Origin: a virus
Lineage: Duplodnaviria > Caudoviricetes
IMG/VR virus record: IMGVR_UViG_3300005656_000005
Location: 1 to 64,000 of that record
Strand: one strand, 5' to 3'
DNA length: 64,000 bases
Shown here: in pieces, positions 1 to 8,895 of the stretch
Numbering within the stretch: position 1 is the stretch's first letter
Layout of the letters: each line of letters starts with the position of its first letter
Notes under the pieces: model-generated
Database searches by the model: none
What the model was told of the DNA's origin: nothing
The model's input: the letters and a program-made list of their open reading frames with translations, nothing else
Made by a program: the position numbers and the translations under genes

Positions 1-220
1 GGTATTGGGTTTTATACTGTTTATGATCTTGGTTTGCTTCCAGGTTGGGCAGGTCTGGCAAAGTTTGGGAGTTATGATATAGGCAAAAATTAATTGTCAG
101 TATAGTTTATAGGGGCAAATATTGGGTTTCTTCCTTTATAGGATATATCCTGCCGTAATAGGGTTTATTTGAAATTTGGGCAAATTATTGGTTTAGGGGT
201 TTTACTTATCCTTAATGTTT

Positions 221-290
221 ACCGTTCATGTAGCTATTTTGCCGTTCATCACAATACGCTTGCAATGGCTTATCCGGTGGCCTATCTTCA
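221..290 (+). promoter_or_regulatory. Early promoter element copy 1
   Basis: CCGTTCA at 222 and 242, CTTGCA at 259, TAtcTTCA at 283. Confidence 0.7.
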
Positions 291-330
291 CAGTGTTATT
301 AATTATTATTTCATCTTAAAATTTACCACA

Positions 331-552
331 ATGCAAAATTCTAAATGGTTTTACTCATTACAGGAAAAAATTGAAGCTAAAATAGCTATTAGTTACGAAA
401 CGGCAGGTTATTGTAATTATCAGGTAATTAACCCAGATGTTTATATTGAATGTTGGCCGGTTATTCGTAAAGCAGATCAAAAAAGCAGCGTTATAATAGT
501 AACAGCACACAGGCAAACAGGTTTTATATTTATTTATGAATATCAGTATTAA
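331..552 (+). CDS. Hypothetical early protein (73 aa; start moved from 169 to 331)
   Basis: ATG at 331 follows the recurrent TTTACCACA motif and lies downstream of the promoter element. Confidence 0.65.
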   Translation: MQNSKWFYSLQEKIEAKIAISYETAGYCNYQVINPDVYIECWPVIRKADQKSSVIIVTAHRQTGFIFIYEYQY

Positions 553-554
553 AT

Positions 555-624
555 ACCGTTTAAACCTGTTTTTTACCGTTCATATAATACACAAGTAAAG
601 AACCAAAAAAGAACTATATTTTTA
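555..624 (+). promoter_or_regulatory. Early promoter element copy 2
   Basis: CCGTTTA at 556, CCGTTCA at 576, TAttTTTA at 617. Confidence 0.72.
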
Positions 625-658
625 ATTTATTATTTTATTCATTCAAAATTTTACCACA

Positions 659-1162
659 ATGACAAACTATTTTCAAAGCTGCAATACATTGCAGGAAGTA
701 AAAGACCTTTACCGCACACTTGCAAAGGAAAACCACCCAGATAAGGGAGGTAGTTTACAGGTAATGCAGGAAATTAACAACCAATATAGCCGGGCAATAT
801 CTACAATTGCCAAAGGTGGAAAGTTTACAGCAGCAGAAGCAGAAGCGGAAATATTACAGGCCGAAGCATATCAGGAAGCAGTTAACAAGGTTGTAAATTT
901 AGAAGGTTGCAAATTGGAGTTAATTGGTAGTTGGCTATGGATTACAGGAGATACAAAGCAGCATTGTAAAATATTAAATTCAGATCCGGCCCGCTTCAAT
1001 TGGGCCAAAAAGAAAACAGATATAACAGCCTGGTTTTTCAGAACCGCCGAATATAAGACAAGCAACAAAGGGCAAAAAATGAGCATTGAAGCAATACGCA
1101 ACAAGTACGGAAGCCAGACAATAAGCAGCACTATAAAACAAAATTATAAATTAACAGCTTAA
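659..1162 (+). CDS. J-domain (DnaJ-like) protein
   Basis: N-terminal YRTLAKENHPDKGG with HPD motif and helical J-domain pattern; C-terminal GSWLWITG...W domain typical of mobile-element J proteins. Confidence 0.8.
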   Translation: MTNYFQSCNTLQEVKDLYRTLAKENHPDKGGSLQVMQEINNQYSRAISTIAKGGKFTAAEAEAEILQAEAYQEAVNKVVNLEGCKLELIGSWLWITGDTKQHCKILNSDPARFNWAKKKTDITAWFFRTAEYKTSNKGQKMSIEAIRNKYGSQTISSTIKQNYKLTA

Positions 1163-1172
1163 AAATACTACA

Positions 1173-1454
1173 ATGATAAGCAGCACAGTAAAAAGCGGAT
1201 ATATGACAATAGAACACGATCCAGAAAATGAAGCCACATTTTACACCATCCTAACAAATGAACTTTGTAAAAACAGGCATGGAGTAATTAACGGAGTAAT
1301 TGAAAAGCAGGACGATATATTTTACTGCTTAATTGTAGATGATTTTTGGCCCAATGACTTAAAAGAAAAGGAATTTAAGACACTGCAACAGGCCCAGGAA
1401 TTTACTTTGTCAGAACTAAACAAAATACAGCAACATTATTTAAATAAAAACTAA
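1173..1454 (+). CDS. Hypothetical protein
   Basis: 93-aa ORF in tightly packed operon. Confidence 0.65.
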   Translation: MISSTVKSGYMTIEHDPENEATFYTILTNELCKNRHGVINGVIEKQDDIFYCLIVDDFWPNDLKEKEFKTLQQAQEFTLSELNKIQQHYLNKN

Positions 1455-1465
1455 ATTTTACCACC

Positions 1466-1756
1466 ATGCAAAAGTTAATTATTTCAATTGGGACACTTGC
1501 AGCCTTACTATTATTAACCGGCCTTTATGCTTTAATTATGCAGCCTTACCAATCAGGAACCAACACAAGGCTATTTGCAGCCGGTTTAATTTCGGGCCTG
1601 ATCGTTACAGTAATATTTTTACTGCTGACTAAATACAGCCCGGTAAAGGCTAAGAAATTAAAATGTAATAACCGGCCCAAACTTTCAAAAATAACCGTTG
1701 AAATATACGGAGATGAAAAAGTATTAATAATTGATAACAAGATCATAAACCTTTAA
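1466..1756 (+). CDS. Small membrane protein (2 TM)
   Basis: Two hydrophobic stretches; TTTACCACC-ATG start context. Confidence 0.65.
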   Translation: MQKLIISIGTLAALLLLTGLYALIMQPYQSGTNTRLFAAGLISGLIVTVIFLLLTKYSPVKAKKLKCNNRPKLSKITVEIYGDEKVLIIDNKIINL

Positions 1757-1766
1757 AAAAACAGAT

Positions 1767-2369
1767 ATGAAAAATTATTCAGTTTATACAGCCAGATTAA
1801 CAGCAGTTAGTTATAATAACTATGTAGCCAGCTTTAAAGCAGAAAGCACAGAACACGCCAAAAATTATGTAAGCGGCCTGCATGAAATAGGCGGGTTAAA
1901 TTTTAACCTTTATTATTATATAATAGTTGAAGATAACACCGGCAAAATAGTTTGGAACCAACACGAACCAAAGTTTAAAATATGGATTAAGACACCAGGA
2001 GCAGACACCGCCGCCGAACTGTTAAAGATATTCAACAAGGCCCACACAATTTTAACAGCTTCAACCCTAAGAGCCGACCACCTAAGAAGGCAAGCCGAAC
2101 AAATAACCGCCAGAAGGTTTGGCCCGCCCAAAAATATTAATAAGTGGATTGAAGCCAGTAACAAAGCCGACAGCCTAAAAAGAGCAGCAGACAGAACCGA
2201 AAGCAGAGGCCGTAAAGTTTGGGCAGCAGTTACAGATTTTCAGGGTAAATATATCAATTGGAGAGAAACAACAAAGGACGAGCAGCCAATTTACAGCTTA
2301 TGGACAGCCGGGATAAGTTACGATAACAACCTAAAAGCAGCGCAAAAAATTGCAGGTATTACCGTTTAA
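1767..2369 (+). CDS. Hypothetical protein
   Basis: 200-aa ORF. Confidence 0.7.
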   Translation: MKNYSVYTARLTAVSYNNYVASFKAESTEHAKNYVSGLHEIGGLNFNLYYYIIVEDNTGKIVWNQHEPKFKIWIKTPGADTAAELLKIFNKAHTILTASTLRADHLRRQAEQITARRFGPPKNINKWIEASNKADSLKRAADRTESRGRKVWAAVTDFQGKYINWRETTKDEQPIYSLWTAGISYDNNLKAAQKIAGITV

Positions 2370-2431
2370 CCCTTAATTATTACCGTCCATCATATAGACA
2401 GGTAAAATGTAAAAACAACAAAGTACTTTTA
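2361..2431 (+). promoter_or_regulatory. Early promoter element copy 3
   Basis: CCGTTTA at 2362, CCGTCCA at 2383, TActTTTA at 2424. Confidence 0.72.
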
Positions 2432-2492
2432 TAATCTAATCAAAAACATTTGCAACCTGAATAAAAGCAAATTAAAATAAGCAGGTGAAAAG

Positions 2493-2999
2493 ATGACTAC
2501 ACTAACAATAAACCACAACAACGGCAACGCCACAAATTACCAACTAATTAATGCAGAAGATAAACCACTTTTGCCAATTGCTTACCACCAGGAAACAGCG
2601 CAGGAAGTTATTAACGCAATGGAAAGATGCAGGAAATCCAGAAGAAGAATAAAAATATATTTAGGAGATACAAAAACCGGCAGATGCTGGAATGAAGAAC
2701 ACGATATTTTTGGCTATATCGGATTAAGCAAAGGACACAAAGCCTACTTTCCTATATTGGTACATAATACCAGAAGTTACGGAGGCGGCAGCATCTTAGA
2801 TCATTGCATAGTTAAAATAAGAGAAGCGAAAGGAACACACACAATTTACAAAGCTGCAAATTTTCAGGAGCCAGTAATTGAAATAAAAGAGGGCAGCACA
2901 TTGCCAGAATATAGCCACGAAGTTTTTATAAATGGTGAATTATACAGCAGACATAAAAGCGAAAGAGCAGCCAAAATATTAAAAAATAAAATGCAGTAA
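2493..2999 (+). CDS. Conserved hypothetical phage protein
   Basis: GDTKTGRCW..EHD..GYIG...GG..ILD.CIVKI segment resembles a recurrent phage hypothetical family. Confidence 0.7.
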   Translation: MTTLTINHNNGNATNYQLINAEDKPLLPIAYHQETAQEVINAMERCRKSRRRIKIYLGDTKTGRCWNEEHDIFGYIGLSKGHKAYFPILVHNTRSYGGGSILDHCIVKIREAKGTHTIYKAANFQEPVIEIKEGSTLPEYSHEVFINGELYSRHKSERAAKILKNKMQ

Positions 3000-3030
3000 C
3001 CAATTAACCAACCTTTAAAATTATACCACA

Positions 3031-3477
3031 ATGCAAACACAATACCCCGTTATAAACTGGAGCAGAGCAGCAACAAGATGCAACTTTAATCTAACTGAAA
3101 GCATTGAATTTTTAAGCCTTGTAAGCACCCCACACGATGAAATTTGCACACAGGCCGGACATGATGAAGATTTACAAATAATGGAATGTACCGCACTAAT
3201 TAACCAACTAATAAGGGGAGCAGGACAGCCAGATCCAGGAGCCGAATTTTTTATAATTGAAAATACCGGGCATGAGTTTGGCCCATATTACGAAGCTGGA
3301 ATTTTTTATGTACCAACCCCGGAAGATCAGGAAGAAGAAAACGGCAGCGAAATTTACGCTATGGTAATTGAGCAGAATATACCGGACAAATGGGATAGTG
3401 AAGCATTGCAGGAACTAAGGAAAGCAGGACACCCGAACTACCAACCGGCTAAAGTTATAAGGTTAAAAACAGCTTAA
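3031..3477 (+). CDS. Acidic hypothetical protein
   Basis: 148-aa ORF with TACCACA-ATG start context. Confidence 0.7.
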   Translation: MQTQYPVINWSRAATRCNFNLTESIEFLSLVSTPHDEICTQAGHDEDLQIMECTALINQLIRGAGQPDPGAEFFIIENTGHEFGPYYEAGIFYVPTPEDQEEENGSEIYAMVIEQNIPDKWDSEALQELRKAGHPNYQPAKVIRLKTA

Positions 3478-3511
3478 AAAATCATTTTACCACAATCTAA
3501 ATAATACAGTT

Positions 3512-3703
3512 ATGACAACGATCAAAGCAAAAAAAGACCTTTACAATAATGGCAAATGCTTTACTAAAGGCAAAGAATATAAAACAGTAGCAGACCGGAC
3601 AATAAAAACAGAAGCCGGACTAATGGAAGCAATGGTAACTAATGACCAGGGAGAAGCGCACGTCATTGGATCATGGTGGAGAGATTTTAAAATAGTCAGT
3701 TAA
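3512..3703 (+). CDS. Hypothetical protein
   Basis: 63-aa ORF. Confidence 0.65.
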   Translation: MTTIKAKKDLYNNGKCFTKGKEYKTVADRTIKTEAGLMEAMVTNDQGEAHVIGSWWRDFKIVS

Positions 3704-3704
3704 T

Positions 3705-3774
3705 ACCGTTCATCATTTAATACAACCGTTCAACACAAACCACTTGCAGCAGTAAAAAACAAAGATTAGTTTTA
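3705..3774 (+). promoter_or_regulatory. Early promoter element copy 4
   Basis: CCGTTCA at 3706 and 3726, CTTGCA at 3743, TAgtTTTA at 3767. Confidence 0.72.
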
Positions 3775-3801
3775 ATATTATTTACCACAAAAACAAAAAT
3801 T

Positions 3802-4284
3802 ATGTTAATCAACAAAGACCACGCCCAGCACTTACTTGAACTTTACACCGTACAGGATGCAGAAAGTTACAAGACTAAAAACATTAAGGGAGCAATTGAA
3901 ACAGCAAAAAAACAGCTATTAAAAGAAGCCAGAGAGCAACTTTTATGGATCATTGAAGAACTGGAACCGGAAGAAGAAAAAAGATTAACGGCTGATTGGT
4001 TTGCTGATGAAATTGAAGAAGCAGAAAGAAAAGAGTTTACATCTTTTTTGGAAAAATGCAAACTTAATTTTAAGGAAGGTAACAACGCTTTAACCCAATG
4101 CAGCGAAAAGAACTATTACTACTTTTTAGAAGTATTGCCCCCAATATACATTAAAAACGGGTTTGCTTGTTCAGAACCTTACAGCCATACTATGACCGGC
4201 CCCGTTCATTTATGTTTTTATAAGAAAAACGAAGGGGTATTTTTTGCCAGATATGAAATTTTAACTAAATCAATAACAGCCTAA
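3802..4284 (+). CDS. Hypothetical protein with possible DUF1419-like C-terminal domain
   Basis: YYYFLEVLPP...FACSEPY motif recalled from DUF1419-like proteins. Confidence 0.5.
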   Translation: MLINKDHAQHLLELYTVQDAESYKTKNIKGAIETAKKQLLKEAREQLLWIIEELEPEEEKRLTADWFADEIEEAERKEFTSFLEKCKLNFKEGNNALTQCSEKNYYYFLEVLPPIYIKNGFACSEPYSHTMTGPVHLCFYKKNEGVFFARYEILTKSITA

Positions 4285-4296
4285 AATATTTTTAAA

Positions 4297-5232
4297 ATGG
4301 AAGCAACCGCACAACAACCAACCGCAACACATTTGCAGCATCTTTTAAGGGCAGCAATAAACGCCCACAGGGGAACAAGTTTTTCACCAGAGAAAAGAGG
4401 GGAGCAGTTAATAAAAGATTATGACGAGCAATTAACAGGCGACCTGGAACAGATCAAAGAAGCAAGCAGCGAAACAAAGGAAACCTACAAAGCCCGGTAT
4501 ATTAAATATCTTAATGCCTACTTGTCAGCCAGGAGCCGGATAATTAGCCCAATGATAAGCGGCCCGTCAAATTTTCCTACCAGAAGGATGCAGAAATATA
4601 ACGGCTGGGAAGATAACGCATACAAAGCATTTAGCGAATTTCGGGAAAAGGCATTAAAAGGAATTAAAAAACAGATCCAAAACGACAAGCCCGAAGAACA
4701 AAAGCAGGATGAAGCCTGGAAAAGTATTGAAAAAAGCATTTTAAGCAGCGCAGCAACTATAATAGCCATTGACAACGGCGAAAGCTGTTATACCAGATCA
4801 TTATTTGTAAACTCAATAACCGGCCTTATTAAACGTATGGCAGCAAACGGACAAACAGGCCACGTTAAAAAGGCAATTGAATTAATACGGTTACTAAATG
4901 GCAAATATGCAAAGCCGATCATTACCGAAAAGAACAGCATTTTTACCTTGTTGGAAGTAGCAGAAGCGGCAGCAGAAACCAAAAGAGATGAAGCCAACAT
5001 GGAAAACCAAATATTTGAATTTGAAGGCGGCGAAGTTGTTTTGAACTATGAAATTGACAGGGTACAAATTACCCACCACCAGAAGCCCACAAAGGAGCAT
5101 TTAAACGAACTAAAAGCAAAAGGCTTAAATACATTCAATTTCAGTTTTCAGAACGTAGCATGGCAGCGCAAAATTACCAGGGATGCAATTGCAGCAGCTT
5201 GCAGGATCACCGGCGCAGAGATACCATATTAA
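4297..5232 (+). CDS. Conserved mobile-element/phage hypothetical protein
   Basis: 311 aa; AHRGTSFSPEKRG and SPMISGPSNFP motifs seen in phage/ICE leading-region proteins. Confidence 0.7.
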   Translation: MEATAQQPTATHLQHLLRAAINAHRGTSFSPEKRGEQLIKDYDEQLTGDLEQIKEASSETKETYKARYIKYLNAYLSARSRIISPMISGPSNFPTRRMQKYNGWEDNAYKAFSEFREKALKGIKKQIQNDKPEEQKQDEAWKSIEKSILSSAATIIAIDNGESCYTRSLFVNSITGLIKRMAANGQTGHVKKAIELIRLLNGKYAKPIITEKNSIFTLLEVAEAAAETKRDEANMENQIFEFEGGEVVLNYEIDRVQITHHQKPTKEHLNELKAKGLNTFNFSFQNVAWQRKITRDAIAAACRITGAEIPY

Positions 5233-5511
5233 ACTTTGTATTGTGGTAAATACAAAAACGGGCATAGTTTATATTGACTGAACAAAGCCCCATATTTAAA
5301 AACATATTAACCATTTATTATAAACCTCAAAACTGAAACCAAAATGAAAACACAATTAGCAAACTTAAAAGCATGGTTTAAAATGTTCTTTGATCTATCC
5401 CATGCTAATTACAGTAACTTCTAAAAGCATGATGAAAAGAAACGGGAAGGGTAAACTAAATAGCATCTTCCCCTTATTAACCATTTAAACACTTTTTAAA
5501 ACTTAAATAAA

Positions 5512-5799
5512 ATGGACACAAAACAATTACCATACTGCACCGATAATGGACATGAGTACGAAGTTCATGTTAACCCTATGGATAATACAGCCCATGTACA
5601 TTGTAAAACGGAGGATAATACTGCTGATCCAATGGAATTAATAACTGAAAAGGATGTATTGGATATTATTGAGACAGCAAAAACATTTGGCATTAAAACC
5701 GTTATCCTGCATACAAATTACGGGGTTGCTATTCACAGCCATACCTTAAAAACTGCAAAGCGTTTCAATGGCTTTTATATTAACAAACTAATTAACTAA
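5512..5799 (+). CDS. Hypothetical protein
   Basis: 95-aa ORF. Confidence 0.6.
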   Translation: MDTKQLPYCTDNGHEYEVHVNPMDNTAHVHCKTEDNTADPMELITEKDVLDIIETAKTFGIKTVILHTNYGVAIHSHTLKTAKRFNGFYINKLIN

Positions 5800-5819
5800 C
5801 AAACTAAACTTAACAAACA

Positions 5820-6158
5820 ATGAAACAGATAACAACATTATTGCCTGAATATATTACTAACCTTATGGATAAGGCAAACGGATTAGGTGAAAACGAAATA
5901 TTGCAAACTGCATTTGGCCCAGAAGATAAGTATAAAATACAGAGGGGAGAAGATGGCTTTTTATTATCATCTAAGGGGAATTATTTTACTTCAAAATGGA
6001 GGGTTGAATTTATCTTTCAAGGTGGGAGCCAACTATTAAACAAACTAAAAGAACACCCGTATTATACATTTTATGCTAAAAATGTATTTAGTGGCAAAGA
6101 AGATGCCCACATGGATAATATAGGCAACTTTTGCAACTCATTTAAGAAACAAAATTAA
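5820..6158 (+). CDS. Hypothetical protein
   Basis: 112-aa ORF. Confidence 0.65.
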   Translation: MKQITTLLPEYITNLMDKANGLGENEILQTAFGPEDKYKIQRGEDGFLLSSKGNYFTSKWRVEFIFQGGSQLLNKLKEHPYYTFYAKNVFSGKEDAHMDNIGNFCNSFKKQN

Positions 6159-6182
6159 TCAAACTTTAAAATAAACAAAGCC

Positions 6183-6383
6183 ATGAAAAAATTCACAGTA
6201 TCAACAGTTACAACTTATGACAGTGATGATATGCTGTATTACACTAAAATAGGTACTAATGGTAAGGATATGCCATTGTACTGTATAGCAGCAGGTAAAA
6301 CAATTACAGAAAGCAGAACCAGGGCAGAGCAATTAGGGGAAATTCTAACAGCACATTTCAAAACCGAAACCATAAGCAAATGA
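6183..6383 (+). CDS. Hypothetical protein
   Basis: 66-aa ORF. Confidence 0.6.
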   Translation: MKKFTVSTVTTYDSDDMLYYTKIGTNGKDMPLYCIAAGKTITESRTRAEQLGEILTAHFKTETISK

Positions 6384-6547
6384 AAGCAATTAACACAGTA
6401 CTATACATGATACGGATATTCTTTGAGATGGCTTACTGTATGCTGGCTGCATTGCTCATTACATTGCCAACTTATTTACTGATATCAGTTATTTCATTCA
6501 TTCTTTACACACCTAAAACAAGACAGCAACAACATGAAAAAAATTAA
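6380..6547 (+). CDS. Small membrane protein, about 55 aa (not in ORF track)
   Basis: ATGA overlap with upstream stop; MKAINTVLYMIRIFFEMAYCMLAALLITLPTYLLISVISFILY; end coordinate approximate. Confidence 0.5.
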   Translation: MKAINTVLYMIRIFFEMAYCMLAALLITLPTYLLISVISFILYTPKTRQQQHEKN

Positions 6548-6800
6548 CACGCAACCAAAGGGAGAAAGGTTTTTCCTGACCGGCTTAACCTTAGTCATTA
6601 TCATTATTATCTTAATGGCTACATCTCAATCCTGTATGACTATTACAGGCACAGTATCAGCAGTAAATAACGATACCGTTACTGTAAATAAATACAGGTT
6701 TAAAGTATTTAACAATGTGCCAGTAGTGGGGCAAACCGTAACCTTTAAAGCTACCAAAAACCGCAAGAAAGTAAACTGTAAACACATTAAAAACAACTAA
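6534..6800 (+). CDS. Putative lipoprotein
   Basis: Basic N-terminus, hydrophobic stretch, then SQS-C lipobox-like site and a small beta-rich domain. Confidence 0.5.
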   Translation: MKKINTQPKGERFFLTGLTLVIIIIILMATSQSCMTITGTVSAVNNDTVTVNKYRFKVFNNVPVVGQTVTFKATKNRKKVNCKHIKNN

Positions 6801-6811
6801 ACCCAAAACTC

Positions 6812-7039
6812 ATGCCAACCAAAAATCGACAACCCAACAACTCCGGTATCCACGCCTACCTTGCAAATAAAAGGTACAGAGCAGAAGCAACGCTACGGAT
6901 TACCTGTGATGGTGAATGTTACTACATTGTAAATGGACATCATTTATCTGAAAATGATTTTAATGCTATGTACCCGCTTGAATTATTAAGACCAAATAAA
7001 AAAGGAAATACGATAGGACACAAACAACAAGTGATTTGA
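6812..7039 (+). CDS. Hypothetical protein
   Basis: 75-aa ORF. Confidence 0.6.
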   Translation: MPTKNRQPNNSGIHAYLANKRYRAEATLRITCDGECYYIVNGHHLSENDFNAMYPLELLRPNKKGNTIGHKQQVI

Positions 7040-7111
7040 TCGGGGATTGTTCAGGCATCCAAACTCAATACCTGTAAAGAACCAATTTTTATTAACTTCA
7101 AATTTAATTTT

Positions 7112-7519
7112 ATGCAAAAGCAACCGCAACATTTCTACATTGATGATTACTACATGACCAAAGCCGGGATAGTAGTAGAAGTAACAAAGTCAGGTATAAT
7201 GATACCCGTTACAATTCCAGAATTAGAGTTTGAATGGTTTTTACAAATGAATGAAAAACTAAATTGGGAGTACAGCCACACAGACGGCATACATGGAACA
7301 GGGAAAATGACTATGGAAGAATACTGGGCCACAGATAAAGCCGAAATCCATGCGGATCTGTACAGTTTCATCACCACCCACCCAATCAAAAATAAAGGCA
7401 CTGTATGGACTGACAGCACAAAGAGCCTTTCCCTGGCATTTGACCTGCACCTTGCAAAGAAACGCAACGTGATTAAATGTCCTGATCTGGAACCCGAAAA
7501 CGGAGCATTTTGCGATTAA
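7112..7519 (+). CDS. Hypothetical protein
   Basis: 135-aa ORF. Confidence 0.65.
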   Translation: MQKQPQHFYIDDYYMTKAGIVVEVTKSGIMIPVTIPELEFEWFLQMNEKLNWEYSHTDGIHGTGKMTMEEYWATDKAEIHADLYSFITTHPIKNKGTVWTDSTKSLSLAFDLHLAKKRNVIKCPDLEPENGAFCD

Positions 7520-7536
7520 CTTTAAAAACATTCAAA

Positions 7537-7713
7537 ATGAAACTTAACGAACCATACAAATCAAAGACCTCCATCCCTACAATACAGGCTGCTATTTATG
7601 GCTATGTAAAGTCAGGAGCAACTATAAAGCAAATAACAAAGGTGATCGGAGTTTCTGCATTAGATGTAGAAGCTGTTATTATCGAAAAAAAATTATCAGT
7701 TAAACCAAATTAA
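7537..7713 (+). CDS. Small hypothetical protein, possibly HTH
   Basis: ATG at 7537; GATIKQITKVIGVSALDV resembles a helix-turn-helix. Confidence 0.45.
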   Translation: MKLNEPYKSKTSIPTIQAAIYGYVKSGATIKQITKVIGVSALDVEAVIIEKKLSVKPN

Positions 7714-7724
7714 ATTTATCAATC

Positions 7725-7964
7725 ATGGACAACTTATTAGATCAAATCGTAAACATTAGTAAAGCCGGTGCATACGATATACTGGTAGAACAGGTAAAAG
7801 AACTGCAAGCCGAAAACAAAGCACTAAGGGAAGATAATAAACGGTTAGCCGATAACCATGCAAGTGTTACAGCATTAGCCCTTGAATTTGGTTATAAGCA
7901 ATGTGAGAAAGGAGATAACCTGGATGCAGCATTTTTAAACTACAGCAAAATTATTAAACCTTAA
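7725..7964 (+). CDS. Coiled-coil hypothetical protein
   Basis: Heptad-rich 79-aa ORF. Confidence 0.6.
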   Translation: MDNLLDQIVNISKAGAYDILVEQVKELQAENKALREDNKRLADNHASVTALALEFGYKQCEKGDNLDAAFLNYSKIIKP

Positions 7965-7977
7965 AACTATTACAATT

Positions 7978-8184
7978 ATGAAATTCAGATACACAATTAA
8001 CGAGCTGCAAAATACAAGCCACGAAAACTACATGAGCGATTTAAAATTGCTTCGCTCATTATGTAACGAAAGGAAGTCCACCTGTACAAATGTATATTCT
8101 CCTTTACATAAAAGATTACAGGCTTTAGAAAACACATTAAGCAATGCTATTGATAATAATAAAACTATTACTTTTAAACCATAA
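7978..8184 (+). CDS. Hypothetical protein
   Basis: 68-aa ORF. Confidence 0.6.
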   Translation: MKFRYTINELQNTSHENYMSDLKLLRSLCNERKSTCTNVYSPLHKRLQALENTLSNAIDNNKTITFKP

Positions 8185-8187
8185 AAC

Positions 8188-8649
8188 ATGAAAACAGCAG
8201 AAGAAGTATTTAATACAATGTTATGGCCTGCCGGTGGATTAGGCCAGTATGATAAAATGGTTAGAAAATTATCAATAGAAGCTATGGAAGTTTACCACAA
8301 TCAATTTGTACCATGCCCAATATGTTCATTAAATAGCGACCACCCTATTTCTTGTAAGTTACATTCTTCAAACATTAATGAAAAAGAAAAACAAGGTGAT
8401 TCCGAAATAAACTTAGACGATAGTACCCCTTCCGATAAAGACAAGATATTGGCTTTAGAAAAGATTGTGGCAATAAAAGAAAAAGAGAGAAAAGAATGGG
8501 CTGATATGTGCATACGGAAACAAGCAAGGATTGAAGAACTTGAAAAAGCAGCTATATTTTATCTTGAAGAAATTGGTAGATTATCAAACAGGGTATGTGA
8601 ACTTTCAATAGTTGATTCTTTTAGAGAAGGTAATGGGGATATAGCATAA
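8188..8649 (+). CDS. Hypothetical protein with CPIC...C..H segment and coiled coil
   Basis: 153-aa ORF. Confidence 0.6.
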   Translation: MKTAEEVFNTMLWPAGGLGQYDKMVRKLSIEAMEVYHNQFVPCPICSLNSDHPISCKLHSSNINEKEKQGDSEINLDDSTPSDKDKILALEKIVAIKEKERKEWADMCIRKQARIEELEKAAIFYLEEIGRLSNRVCELSIVDSFREGNGDIA

Positions 8650-8804
8650 TGAACCACTGTCATAAAATAAAGTACTCCGAAGATGAAGCAAAGCTGCTGG
8701 CAAAGCAATTAAAGAGAGCAGCTAAAAAAGTATTTGGCAATACGGATAGGCAGGAAAAAAGAGCCTACCAATGCCCAAAATGTTCAGCATGGCATCTTAC
8801 CTAA
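8649..8804 (+). CDS. Small Zn-finger-like phage protein, 51 aa (not in ORF track)
   Basis: MNHCHKIKYSEDEAK...RAYQCPKCSAWHLT; C...CxxC..WH pattern common in phage small ORFs. Confidence 0.7.
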   Translation: MNHCHKIKYSEDEAKLLAKQLKRAAKKVFGNTDRQEKRAYQCPKCSAWHLT

Positions 8805-8867
8805 ATAAGTCAAAATGAATGGGAGGTAAGAAATAAATCTTAGTTTTATGCGTTTAGTTTAGGTTTT

Positions 8868-8895
8868 AGCCCGGAGTAGTTACCGGGCTTTTTTT
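8868..8895 (+). terminator. Intrinsic terminator at convergence of early and late transcription
   Basis: AGCCCGG-agtagtta-CCGGGCT followed by a T run. Confidence 0.8.

Noticed and set aside
169-330. ORF-track start at 169 for the first ORF
   Set aside because: It runs through the promoter element; ATG 331 has the shared start-context motif.
321-3790. TTTACCACA as DnaA boxes
   Set aside because: One mismatch to TTWTNCACA and fixed position before ATG fit an expression signal better.
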